NCBI GenBank assembly: GCA_900314865.1
Contig: OMWW01000006.1
Location: 21,828-85,827, forward strand
Reading direction: 5' to 3'
Source of the DNA: an uncultured Erysipelotrichaceae bacterium
GTDB lineage: Bacteria; Bacillota_I; Bacilli_A; RFN20; CAG-826
Length of the DNA: 64,000 nucleotides
Translations under genes and position numbers: made by a program
Notes under the pieces: model-generated
Database searches by the model: none
What the model saw: the letters and a program-made list of their open reading frames with translations, nothing else
What the model was told of the DNA's origin: nothing
Shown here: positions 48,268-57,269 of the stretch, piece by piece
Numbering within the stretch: position 1 is the stretch's first letter
How the letters are laid out: each line of letters begins with the position of its first letter

Positions 48268-50477
48268 TGGACGACAAAGATTTTGAGTTAGTGAACCTTC
48301 CTGAAGAAGCTCGCGATCCAGAAATCAAAGCCGAAGATTTCACTCTTCAATCCGCGGACAATTCGATTCACGAACAGAAATTCCAAACCAAGCCAACAAC
48401 ATTCTTTAAAGATTCTCTTAAGAGATTCAAGAAAAACAAATCCTCAGTGGTCGCTGCCTATATCTTAGGTATCTTAGTTTTATTAGCGATCTTTGTGCCT
48501 ATTTTTGACTCTAACCCTGTCACTGGTTCTTTAGCTCCTGAATATAAGAACTTGGAACCAAAATTATTTAATGGCGGTGGATTCTGGGATGGCACCAAAG
48601 AAGTTAAAGACGCTCCTGTTGATACAACAGTGGACCCATGGTTACCAGATCCAGAATCATATGTTCTTGATGGCATTCAACAAGACACGATGAAATATAC
48701 TGGTGACATTTTCACCAATACTGCTTCTAAATATGGTCATGATGGTTATTTCATGATTGGTTATTACGCTGCTTATGGTGCTAAAGAAGCGGTTATTTCC
48801 TCTTATTCACCAAATGATTTGGGCTATGTGAGATTTACCTTAGATATCACAAGAGACCATATTAAAATCGCGGCTTTTGAAACTGCGGATGAAGAAAGAG
48901 TCAAAGATTATAGTGGTGGACAATATTCTGTTCCTACTAACTTCGTTTATGGTGACGTCGTTCTTGAAATGGTGTTCCGTGAAGAAGGTAAACAAGAAAA
49001 CACTGTTGTTGCATTAACTGACAAACAAATCGTTCACTCTGTTGGTATGAGTGGTGGAACTGACCCAATCGATATTAATGAAAAGATTGCTGCAGTTACT
49101 GATCAAACAGAATTTGATAATTTCTATTTCCAATATCGTGTTACTCCTCATAAAGAAGAAGATAAAGGAAAGAACGTCTGTGCTCTTGTTAAGAAACTTG
49201 TCTTTATGACTGATTCTACAGACAAAAAACAACAAGCCTACTTTGGCATTCAAAGCAAACTTGATGTTGATGAAACAACAACCTTAGATATTACTGGTAT
49301 CAGTTTTGATAACGCGATGGAACTCTGTAGTAGAAACACTCTTTCACAAACAGAGATGATTAAATATCGTAACATCGGTTATTGGAAACTTGAGAGTGAC
49401 CAATATTTCCGTGAAATCTATTTAGGTAAATGTGTCTTTGCTTCCTTTAGATATGACACATATTACGCGGTCTTTGGTCCAAAACTTGCAACTATCGACT
49501 ACAAGACTATCGATGACTGGACTAGCTTAGGATATATCGAACATGGTATTGAGCCAATCGTTGATGAATATGACAACATCACCTACGATCCAGATGTGTG
49601 GCAAGATTTCTGCGACGAACATAATGGTAGAGGAATTATTGTTAAAAACGAAAAATGTCCAATTGTCCAAGAAGACTTAGATGGTTTTGATATTGATAGT
49701 GCCTTTATTCCTGGCTCCATCAGTGGTATTGGAACTGCTTCTTGGTCTTTAAAAATTAAAGTTTATAACTATAAGATGTTAGGTCATACTTCCATGCCAA
49801 AATATATTTTTGGTACTGATAAGAAAGGTTATGACATGTTCAAATATGTCTTTGAAGGTTTAAGAAACTCCTTATTACTTGGTGTCTTTACCTTCGCGGT
49901 ATGTTTCTTATTTGGTTTACTTTGGGGTGCGATTTGTGGTTACTTTGGTGGTACAGTCGACCTTGTCATGGAAAGAATTACCGATATCTTATCGGGTTTA
50001 CCTTGGATTGTCTTGATGACACTTATCATCTTAAAAGCCGGACAAACCTTCTGGACATTCGCTTTGGCGTTATGTCTTACCGGTTGGATTGGAACGGCTG
50101 CGACAACTAGAACACAGTTCTATAGATTTAGAGGTCGAGAATATGTCTTAGCCTCGCGTACGTTAGGCGCAAGTGACGCAAGATTAATTGCTAAACACAT
50201 CTTACCTAACGCTTTAGGTACAATTATTACTGGTGCGGTCTTAATGATTCCTAGTGTTATCTTCTCAGAAGCAACCATCTCTTATTTAGGTCTTGGTTTC
50301 CAAGGCTTAAGTAGCTTGGGTGTTATTCTCTCTGATAACCAAGCCGAATTATTTAACCACCCATATCAACTTATATTCCCATCAGTTGTTATTGCTTTAG
50401 TCATGATTTCCTTTAACTTATTTGGTAATGGATTACGTGACGCGATTAACCCAAGTTTGAAAGGAGAAGATGAATAA
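48267..50477 (+). CDS. oppC: Oligopeptide ABC permease OppC with large extracytoplasmic insertion
   Basis: KRFKKNK N-terminal helix, FGTDKKGYD, EYVLASRTLGA, HILPN and GLRDAINP; 736 aa. Confidence 0.9.
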   Translation: MDDKDFELVNLPEEARDPEIKAEDFTLQSADNSIHEQKFQTKPTTFFKDSLKRFKKNKSSVVAAYILGILVLLAIFVPIFDSNPVTGSLAPEYKNLEPKLFNGGGFWDGTKEVKDAPVDTTVDPWLPDPESYVLDGIQQDTMKYTGDIFTNTASKYGHDGYFMIGYYAAYGAKEAVISSYSPNDLGYVRFTLDITRDHIKIAAFETADEERVKDYSGGQYSVPTNFVYGDVVLEMVFREEGKQENTVVALTDKQIVHSVGMSGGTDPIDINEKIAAVTDQTEFDNFYFQYRVTPHKEEDKGKNVCALVKKLVFMTDSTDKKQQAYFGIQSKLDVDETTTLDITGISFDNAMELCSRNTLSQTEMIKYRNIGYWKLESDQYFREIYLGKCVFASFRYDTYYAVFGPKLATIDYKTIDDWTSLGYIEHGIEPIVDEYDNITYDPDVWQDFCDEHNGRGIIVKNEKCPIVQEDLDGFDIDSAFIPGSISGIGTASWSLKIKVYNYKMLGHTSMPKYIFGTDKKGYDMFKYVFEGLRNSLLLGVFTFAVCFLFGLLWGAICGYFGGTVDLVMERITDILSGLPWIVLMTLIILKAGQTFWTFALALCLTGWIGTAATTRTQFYRFRGREYVLASRTLGASDARLIAKHILPNALGTIITGAVLMIPSVIFSEATISYLGLGFQGLSSLGVILSDNQAELFNHPYQLIFPSVVIALVMISFNLFGNGLRDAINPSLKGEDE

Positions 50478-52258
50478 TGGAAAATAAAGAAATTGTTTTA
50501 TCTGTTAAAGACCTTAAGGTTAACTTCTCTACAGACCACGGTTATGTTCAGGCTGTTAGAGGTGTCTCCTTTGATTTGTACAAAGGTGAAACCCTCTGTA
50601 TCGTTGGTGAATCTGGTAGTGGTAAATCCGTTACTAGTAAAACCATCATGGGTATTTTAAGCGCGAATGGTCGTATCATGAATGGTTCGATCATGTATGA
50701 AGGTGAAGATTTAACCAAGATTAGTGAAGATGAATTCCACAGAATTCGTGGTCATAAGATTGGTATGATCTTCCAAGATCCACTTTCTTCCTTAAACCCA
50801 ATTGTTAGAATTGGTAAACAAATCACAGAGGCGATGTTAGTGGATAATAACCGTCTAAAGAAAGTCTTTAACGACAAAGTCGCTAAAGAGATGACTGCGT
50901 ATAAGAATGCGAAGACGGAATATCATCTCCTTTTAAGAGCGAGTAAAGAAAGAATTAAATTTTTAAAGGGCGAAAAGAAAAAAGATTTAGAAAAAACCAA
51001 AAACGAACCATCAATGATTAAAGATGGTAAGTTATACACTTTAAGACTTGACCGTGATGGTCATATCTTAGAGGCTAAAGACAACTTTAAAGCTGAAGCT
51101 AAACCTTATTTAGACGAGCTCAAGACTTTAGATAAGTCCAACGCTGCCTCTATTAGCGATATCAAAGAAAAGATTAATATCTTAAAACTTGACCGTGATG
51201 GCAAGATTGGTGATATCAAAGAACAATTTAAAAATGATAAAGCTGAGATTCGCGCTGAATATAAGGAAAATAAGAAAGCTAGTAAGCTTAAGAAAGCTGA
51301 AGTCAAAGAGAAATATAACACTCTTATTAGCGAACAAAAGCATAGTAGTGATAACTCTAAGACTGATTTAGACGCCAAATATAAGCCACTTATTAAAGAA
51401 ACTAAAGCGGCCTATAAGGCAAGATGCAAAGTTGCTAAAGTAGAAGTTAAAGAATATAAAGAGCAACTTAAACAAACTTATCTTGCTGAAGTTGAAAAGA
51501 TTAATTCTAGTAATGCATCTAGCGAAGAAAAGAAGACTTTACTCAAAGAAGCAAAGAGTAGATATGTTTCTAGTAAGAAAATCACTAGAGCAGAGGCGAA
51601 GAGTCGCGCTCTTAAGATTATGTCGGAAGTCGGTATTTCAAATCCTGAAAAGAGATTTAGACAATATCCATTTGAATTCTCTGGCGGTATGCGTCAACGT
51701 ATCGTTATCGCCATCGCTTTAACTGCGGACCCAGACATTCTTATTTGTGACGAGCCTACAACTGCTCTTGACGTGACTATCCAAGCGCAAATCCTTGAAT
51801 TAATCAATAGATTAAAAAGAGAAAGAAACATCTCTGTTATCTTTATTACCCACGACTTAGGTGTTGTTGCTAATATGGCGGACCGTGTCGCGGTAATGTA
51901 CGCTGGTAAAATCGTTGAATATGGTACTGAAGACGATATCTTCTATGACCCACGTCATCCATATACTTGGGCCTTGTTATCTTCTATTCCTGATATCAAC
52001 TCCAAGGAAAAACTTGAAGCCATTCCAGGAACTCCACCAAATATGATTTATCCACCTGTTGGTGACGCATTCGCCTTACGTAGCAAATATGCGATGGCCA
52101 TCGACTTTAAGAAGGAACCTCCTTTATTTAAAGTTAGTGACACCCATTATGCGGCAACTTGGTTACTTGATCCAAGAGCCCCTAAAGTGGAAATGCCTAA
52201 GATTGTTAAGACTCGTATTGAGGCTTCTTTGAAGGCCGCTAAGAAAGGAGGAAAATAA
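50477..52258 (+). CDS. oppD: Oligopeptide ABC ATPase OppD with coiled-coil insertion
   Basis: GESGSGKS, MIFQDP, YPFEFSGGMRQR, DEPTTALD, ITHDLG and HPYT. Confidence 0.93.
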   Translation: MENKEIVLSVKDLKVNFSTDHGYVQAVRGVSFDLYKGETLCIVGESGSGKSVTSKTIMGILSANGRIMNGSIMYEGEDLTKISEDEFHRIRGHKIGMIFQDPLSSLNPIVRIGKQITEAMLVDNNRLKKVFNDKVAKEMTAYKNAKTEYHLLLRASKERIKFLKGEKKKDLEKTKNEPSMIKDGKLYTLRLDRDGHILEAKDNFKAEAKPYLDELKTLDKSNAASISDIKEKINILKLDRDGKIGDIKEQFKNDKAEIRAEYKENKKASKLKKAEVKEKYNTLISEQKHSSDNSKTDLDAKYKPLIKETKAAYKARCKVAKVEVKEYKEQLKQTYLAEVEKINSSNASSEEKKTLLKEAKSRYVSSKKITRAEAKSRALKIMSEVGISNPEKRFRQYPFEFSGGMRQRIVIAIALTADPDILICDEPTTALDVTIQAQILELINRLKRERNISVIFITHDLGVVANMADRVAVMYAGKIVEYGTEDDIFYDPRHPYTWALLSSIPDINSKEKLEAIPGTPPNMIYPPVGDAFALRSKYAMAIDFKKEPPLFKVSDTHYAATWLLDPRAPKVEMPKIVKTRIEASLKAAKKGGK

Positions 52259-52260
52259 TC

Positions 52261-53775
52261 ATGATTAATTTAGTGTACAAAATCCAAACTAGATTTAAAC
52301 ATCGAACTCCTACTTTCCGTCAAGAATTGATTGATAACAATATCGAACTTTCAGTTCGACACTTAAAACAATTCTTCAAATTTGGTCATGGTCGTAGTGC
52401 GTTTAAAACTAAGGCTGTTCATGATGTCAGTTTTGATATCAAAAAAGGTGAATGTTTTGGCCTCGTTGGTGAATCTGGATGTGGTAAAACCACAACTGGA
52501 CGTTCATTAATTAGACTTTATAACATCACTTCTGGCTCTGTTTATTTTGAAGGTAGAAGAACTTCCGCTGGTAGTAGATGGAACGAAAAAGAAATCAAAT
52601 GGGTCAAGATTAAAGGTCGTAGAAAAATCAAAGATCTCAAGAAAGAAGAAAAAGAGGAAATCTTAAAGCTTCTTGATACTTCTGGTCTTATCAATAAGAT
52701 TGAAAACATCAGTGCGGAAATCTCTAAAATTGAAGCAGAGATGCTTGATCTTAAACATGAATACGAAGATCGTGTTTCTCAATATGAGAACAATATTAAC
52801 GATGAAAATCTTAAGGCTGATAAGCTTGAAGAAATCAATCGTGAATATTCTATTCAAGCTGAAACTCGTAGAGTGAGATTAGAATCTCTTAAAGAAGAAC
52901 TTTCCAACATCAAAAAAGAATACAAGGAATCTAGCAAGAAAGAGGTTGATGAATCCACAAAAGCGGAAATCGAAAAGATTAAAGAAAAATACGCTTCTGA
53001 AATCAAAGGCATCAAAGATCATATCGAAGAAGTTTGTAAAGAACAAATCGAGGCTATCGCTCAAATCAAATATGATAACCGTCATGTTGATAAGAAACTC
53101 ATGAGCAAGATGCAAATGATCTTCCAAGATCCAGTTGATTCTCTTGATCCTCGTATGACTGTTGAAGACATCATTCAAGAAGGTCTTCATATCCAAGGTC
53201 AATATAACAAATACAAGAATTCTCAAAAGGTGAAAGAAGTTCTTATTAAGGTTGGTTTATTACCTGAATATGCTTCCCGTTACCCACATGAATTCTCTGG
53301 TGGTCAAAGACAACGTATTGGTATCGCTAGAGCCTTAGTCATGAATCCTCAATTCTTGATTTGTGACGAACCAATATCTGCTCTTGACGTCTCCATTAGA
53401 GCGCAGATCATTAATCTTCTCAATGATTTGAAAGATGAAATGGGATTAACTATCTTATTTATCGCTCACGACTTATCAGTCGTTAAGTATTTCTGTGATC
53501 GTATCGCGGTTATGTATTATGGTGAAATCGTGGAACTCGCAAGTAGTGATGAATTATTCGCGCATCCACTTCACCCATACACTCACGCGTTACTCTCAGC
53601 TATTCCTAAACCAGATCCACTTAGCGAGAAGAAGAGAACTAGATATCTCTATATTCCTTCTAAGGAACATGATTATTCTAAAGAGGCTCCTAAGCTTGTA
53701 GAAATCGTTCCAGGACACTGGGTCTTAGCGAACTCTGAAGAATTAGAGAAATACAAAAAGGAATTTGAAAAATAA
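52261..53775 (+). CDS. oppF: Oligopeptide ABC ATPase OppF with coiled-coil insertion
   Basis: GESGCGKT, QMIFQDP, YPHEFSGGQRQR, DEPISALD and HPYT. Confidence 0.93.
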   Translation: MINLVYKIQTRFKHRTPTFRQELIDNNIELSVRHLKQFFKFGHGRSAFKTKAVHDVSFDIKKGECFGLVGESGCGKTTTGRSLIRLYNITSGSVYFEGRRTSAGSRWNEKEIKWVKIKGRRKIKDLKKEEKEEILKLLDTSGLINKIENISAEISKIEAEMLDLKHEYEDRVSQYENNINDENLKADKLEEINREYSIQAETRRVRLESLKEELSNIKKEYKESSKKEVDESTKAEIEKIKEKYASEIKGIKDHIEEVCKEQIEAIAQIKYDNRHVDKKLMSKMQMIFQDPVDSLDPRMTVEDIIQEGLHIQGQYNKYKNSQKVKEVLIKVGLLPEYASRYPHEFSGGQRQRIGIARALVMNPQFLICDEPISALDVSIRAQIINLLNDLKDEMGLTILFIAHDLSVVKYFCDRIAVMYYGEIVELASSDELFAHPLHPYTHALLSAIPKPDPLSEKKRTRYLYIPSKEHDYSKEAPKLVEIVPGHWVLANSEELEKYKKEFEK

Positions 53776-53780
53776 AATCG

Positions 53781-53805
53781 AAGACCGGCTTGTCCGGTTT
53801 TCTTT
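53781..53805 (+). terminator. Intrinsic terminator
   Basis: AAGACCGG-CTTGT-CCGGTTTT hairpin with a T-rich tail after oppF. Confidence 0.7.
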
Positions 53806-53940
53806 ATGCGTGTATCGCGTATATAATTGGAATTAATAGGATCGTTCGATTGTTTTCTAAAACAGAACTTAAATTCCTTTTCTTTATAAGAAAAAAGGAA
53901 TAAGATATATGGGCAAAGAAAGTTCTAGTAGGACATATAA

Positions 53941-56900
53941 ATGAAGAGAAGAAATTTTATTGTGCTTCTTACTTCCTGTTTTCTAATTGCGGGTGGTTTT
54001 TCTTTTGCATTAGCTAAAAACTATGAAGAACCATTAATTAAGGAAGTAGACGCTGCTACCGATATTAACGATTACAGTGCTTGTGAATCCGCTCATAATA
54101 ATGGCAGCGCAAGTGCTTTATTAACTGCCTTAAGAAATATCACCGCTCCTGGAAGTTCTGGAAGCTATGACAAATTATGGGATACTTATAAGACAGCATA
54201 TGTAAGATCTGATGGTAAGATATTTGATTATTATTCTAGCATCACAAATTTTAGACCTGGAACCGATCAAGCAGGAAGCTATAGTGGTGAAGGTGATAAA
54301 TATAATAGAGAACATTCAATCCCTAAATCATGGTGGGGTGGTTCAACCTCAAATCAAGGCGCCGACCCATTTATTGTTATTCCTACTGATGGTTATGTAA
54401 ATGGTAGACGAAGCAATTATCCCTTAGGAATGGTTAATAGTGCTACATACACTTCTAGTGGTGGATTCTCTAAACTTGGAAGTGCTGTTACTTCTTGGGG
54501 TTATAGTGGCACTGTCTTTGAACCTAACGATTCTGTTAAAGGGGATTTAGCAAGAATTCACTTCTATGCGATTGCTAAATATAGTGCATCTTATGGCTGG
54601 ACATCTGGTGAAGGTTCGTCTACTTTCGCTGGTAATGCTAATACAAACTTCGGCTTAACCAATTACGCTGTTAAATTATTCTCCTTCTGGAGCAATTTAG
54701 ATCCTGTAAGTGATTGGGAAAGATCCGTTAATAATGCATTAGCAAGTATTCAAGGGAATAGAAACCCATTTATTGATCACCCAGAATATGCGAATACATT
54801 GTGGGGAAATGTAAGTGGATATACTACTTATTCTGAAAGTTCTACACCTACACCAGATAAAACACTCAGTAGTATTGAGGTTAGTGATCCAAAAACTAGC
54901 TATACGGTTGATGATTCTTTCGTTAAACCAACAGTAATCGCACATTTTACCGACAACTCATCTTCTACAGTTACAAACTCAGCAACGTTTACTGGATATA
55001 ATTTATCGGTTGCTGGTAATCAAACAGTTACTGTTTCTTATATTTATGGTGGTACAACTAAAACAACCACTTATTCTATTACCGTTGCCTCTTCTGGTGG
55101 CGGTGGCTCTGGTGGTGGAGAAGGCGAAGGTCACTCCGGAGAAGAAGTAACATTAGATATTGATTTTGCTGGAAATAAATCAAGTGATACTGATACCGAT
55201 GGCAACACATGGTCTGCTAATGGCACATATGTTGTTGGTGCCTCTTATCTGAGACTTGATAATACAACCACATATATCAAAAATGTGAGTACAATTGCTA
55301 TTGACCCTAATAGTGATGTTTCTTTCAAAATATATGCCAGAACTTATGGTGGCACGAATAGTAGATCTATTACAGTTGCTGCTTATAATTCTAGTGATGT
55401 ATTAATTAGTAATGTCGCTACGATTACTCCAACATCATCTACATTAACCGAGTTAAGTGGAACTCTGACTTTTACTTCAACTTCTTACCACAATGTTTTT
55501 ATTAAGGTATCTAACGCAGGCACAGGACAAGTTGGTATTTCTACAATGCAATTTACCTATACTTCTTTTGTTGAGGAATCATCCACGAAGGAATTGGAAA
55601 GTATATCTGTTAAAACTGCTCCATCAACAACTTCTTATGATGTTGGAGAAACATTTGATCCGACTGGATTAGTGATCACGCTTTCTTATAGTGATTCATC
55701 TACTGAAGATGTTAGTTATTCTGGACACGAATCTAGTTTCAGTTTTGATCCTTCTCTAGTTACTCAATTAACAGCTTTAGACACATATGTCACTATCTAT
55801 TATGGCGGCTTTGATTGTGACCAATCTATTACTGTTTCATCCCCTAAAACTCTAAGTTCAATCAGTATCTCTGGTTATACTACATCTTTTGTAGAAGGAG
55901 ACACATTCTCTTTTGGTGGAACAGTCACTGCTAACTTTAGTGACTCTACAAGTGAAAACGTTACAGCAAGTGCAACTTTTTCCGGTTATAACATGACTAC
56001 AGTTGGTGATCAAACAGTAATTGTTAGTTATACATATAAAGATGTAAATAAGACTCATAATTACAATATTTCCGTTGAAAAAGGCACATTATCTTCAATT
56101 TCTGTAAGTGGGCAAACAACAGTCTATCAGAAAAATAATGCCTTCGCCTTTGATGGAACATGTACTGCAACATTTGCTAATGGCTATAAAAAAGTAGTAA
56201 CTCCTACAAGCGTTACTTCTCCTGATATGTCAATAGCAGGAAACAAAACTATCACTGTGAGTTTTACCTACAACGGCAATACAAGAACTACAACTTATGA
56301 CATCACAGTTAATTCAGATAGAACTGTTATTGAGACTACTGAAGTTAGTGGCACAATTACTTGGCCAAGTTCTAATGTAACAATAACGGGTAAAATAAAT
56401 GGCTTATCTACTTCTGTTTCTGGAAACAAAGTCTATGAATCTAGTTCCCTAAGATTAGGAACTGGAAGTGGAGGAGGAACTTTATCTATTTCTGCTTCTA
56501 TTGCAATAACCACTTTGACTATTAGTGCCAAATATTATTCTAGTAGTTATAGCTCCTCAGTTTTGAAGGTTGATGGTCAATCCATTTCGCCTTTAACCTC
56601 AGGATATCAAGAATATGAGATCTCTCTTAGTGCTGCAAAGACTTCTTTTACAATTTTGACAGAAAACAAGAATAGTAGAGTTAACATTCAGTCAATTACT
56701 TTGTATTCCGTAAGTGAACAAGATATTTCTACTTCAAGTGACTGCATTGGTCTTGAATCATTTATCACGAATTATATGCATATGGATTATGTCCAAAACC
56801 TTGGATATTGTAAAGACAATGAACATCATTATTACTCAACTGCTAAATCTGCATTCAATTCTTTAAACGAGCATCAAAGATCCTTATTTACTTCAAATAG

Positions 56901-57114
56901 CGCGTATGTATCTGAATGGGCAAGATTACAGTCGTGGGCATCATTTAATAATGATTCTTTAAATTCATCTAATCAATTAGAATCGCCGATCGTTCCTTTG
57001 ATTATTTCAACTCAAAGAGTTAATTCTGTTTTGGTGGTGACAATTGTGACTGCTGCTTCAGTAATCTCTATCGTTGTTTTATTTGTAATTAAACGTTGCA
57101 AAAAAGAAGAATAA
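53941..57114 (+). CDS. Surface-anchored endonuclease I family (Bsn-like) nuclease with Ig-like repeats
   Basis: Signal peptide; NREHSIPKSW, NGRRSNYP, FEPND..KGDLAR, DPVS.WE and QGNRNPFIDHPE; several Ig-like repeats; C-terminal TM with basic tail. Confidence 0.9.
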   Translation: MKRRNFIVLLTSCFLIAGGFSFALAKNYEEPLIKEVDAATDINDYSACESAHNNGSASALLTALRNITAPGSSGSYDKLWDTYKTAYVRSDGKIFDYYSSITNFRPGTDQAGSYSGEGDKYNREHSIPKSWWGGSTSNQGADPFIVIPTDGYVNGRRSNYPLGMVNSATYTSSGGFSKLGSAVTSWGYSGTVFEPNDSVKGDLARIHFYAIAKYSASYGWTSGEGSSTFAGNANTNFGLTNYAVKLFSFWSNLDPVSDWERSVNNALASIQGNRNPFIDHPEYANTLWGNVSGYTTYSESSTPTPDKTLSSIEVSDPKTSYTVDDSFVKPTVIAHFTDNSSSTVTNSATFTGYNLSVAGNQTVTVSYIYGGTTKTTTYSITVASSGGGGSGGGEGEGHSGEEVTLDIDFAGNKSSDTDTDGNTWSANGTYVVGASYLRLDNTTTYIKNVSTIAIDPNSDVSFKIYARTYGGTNSRSITVAAYNSSDVLISNVATITPTSSTLTELSGTLTFTSTSYHNVFIKVSNAGTGQVGISTMQFTYTSFVEESSTKELESISVKTAPSTTSYDVGETFDPTGLVITLSYSDSSTEDVSYSGHESSFSFDPSLVTQLTALDTYVTIYYGGFDCDQSITVSSPKTLSSISISGYTTSFVEGDTFSFGGTVTANFSDSTSENVTASATFSGYNMTTVGDQTVIVSYTYKDVNKTHNYNISVEKGTLSSISVSGQTTVYQKNNAFAFDGTCTATFANGYKKVVTPTSVTSPDMSIAGNKTITVSFTYNGNTRTTTYDITVNSDRTVIETTEVSGTITWPSSNVTITGKINGLSTSVSGNKVYESSSLRLGTGSGGGTLSISASIAITTLTISAKYYSSSYSSSVLKVDGQSISPLTSGYQEYEISLSAAKTSFTILTENKNSRVNIQSITLYSVSEQDISTSSDCIGLESFITNYMHMDYVQNLGYCKDNEHHYYSTAKSAFNSLNEHQRSLFTSNSAYVSEWARLQSWASFNNDSLNSSNQLESPIVPLIISTQRVNSVLVVTIVTAASVISIVVLFVIKRCKKEE

Positions 57115-57269
57115 CTGTTCTTGACACTTTTGTTTTATAGGTTCAGCTGTAATTGGGAGCCATGCGATCCTTTTTAATTAAAACTTAAATGTTTTGTAAA
57201 TATCGTACACGCGTATATAATATAAACTTCCACTAAATTAGTAGAAGTCTCTTAGAGAAGGTATAAATT

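Noticed and set aside
57121-57185. Possible preQ1-like riboswitch (AGGTTCAGCT)
   Set aside because: No closing P1 stem or matching A-rich tail, and the downstream gene is unrelated to queuosine.
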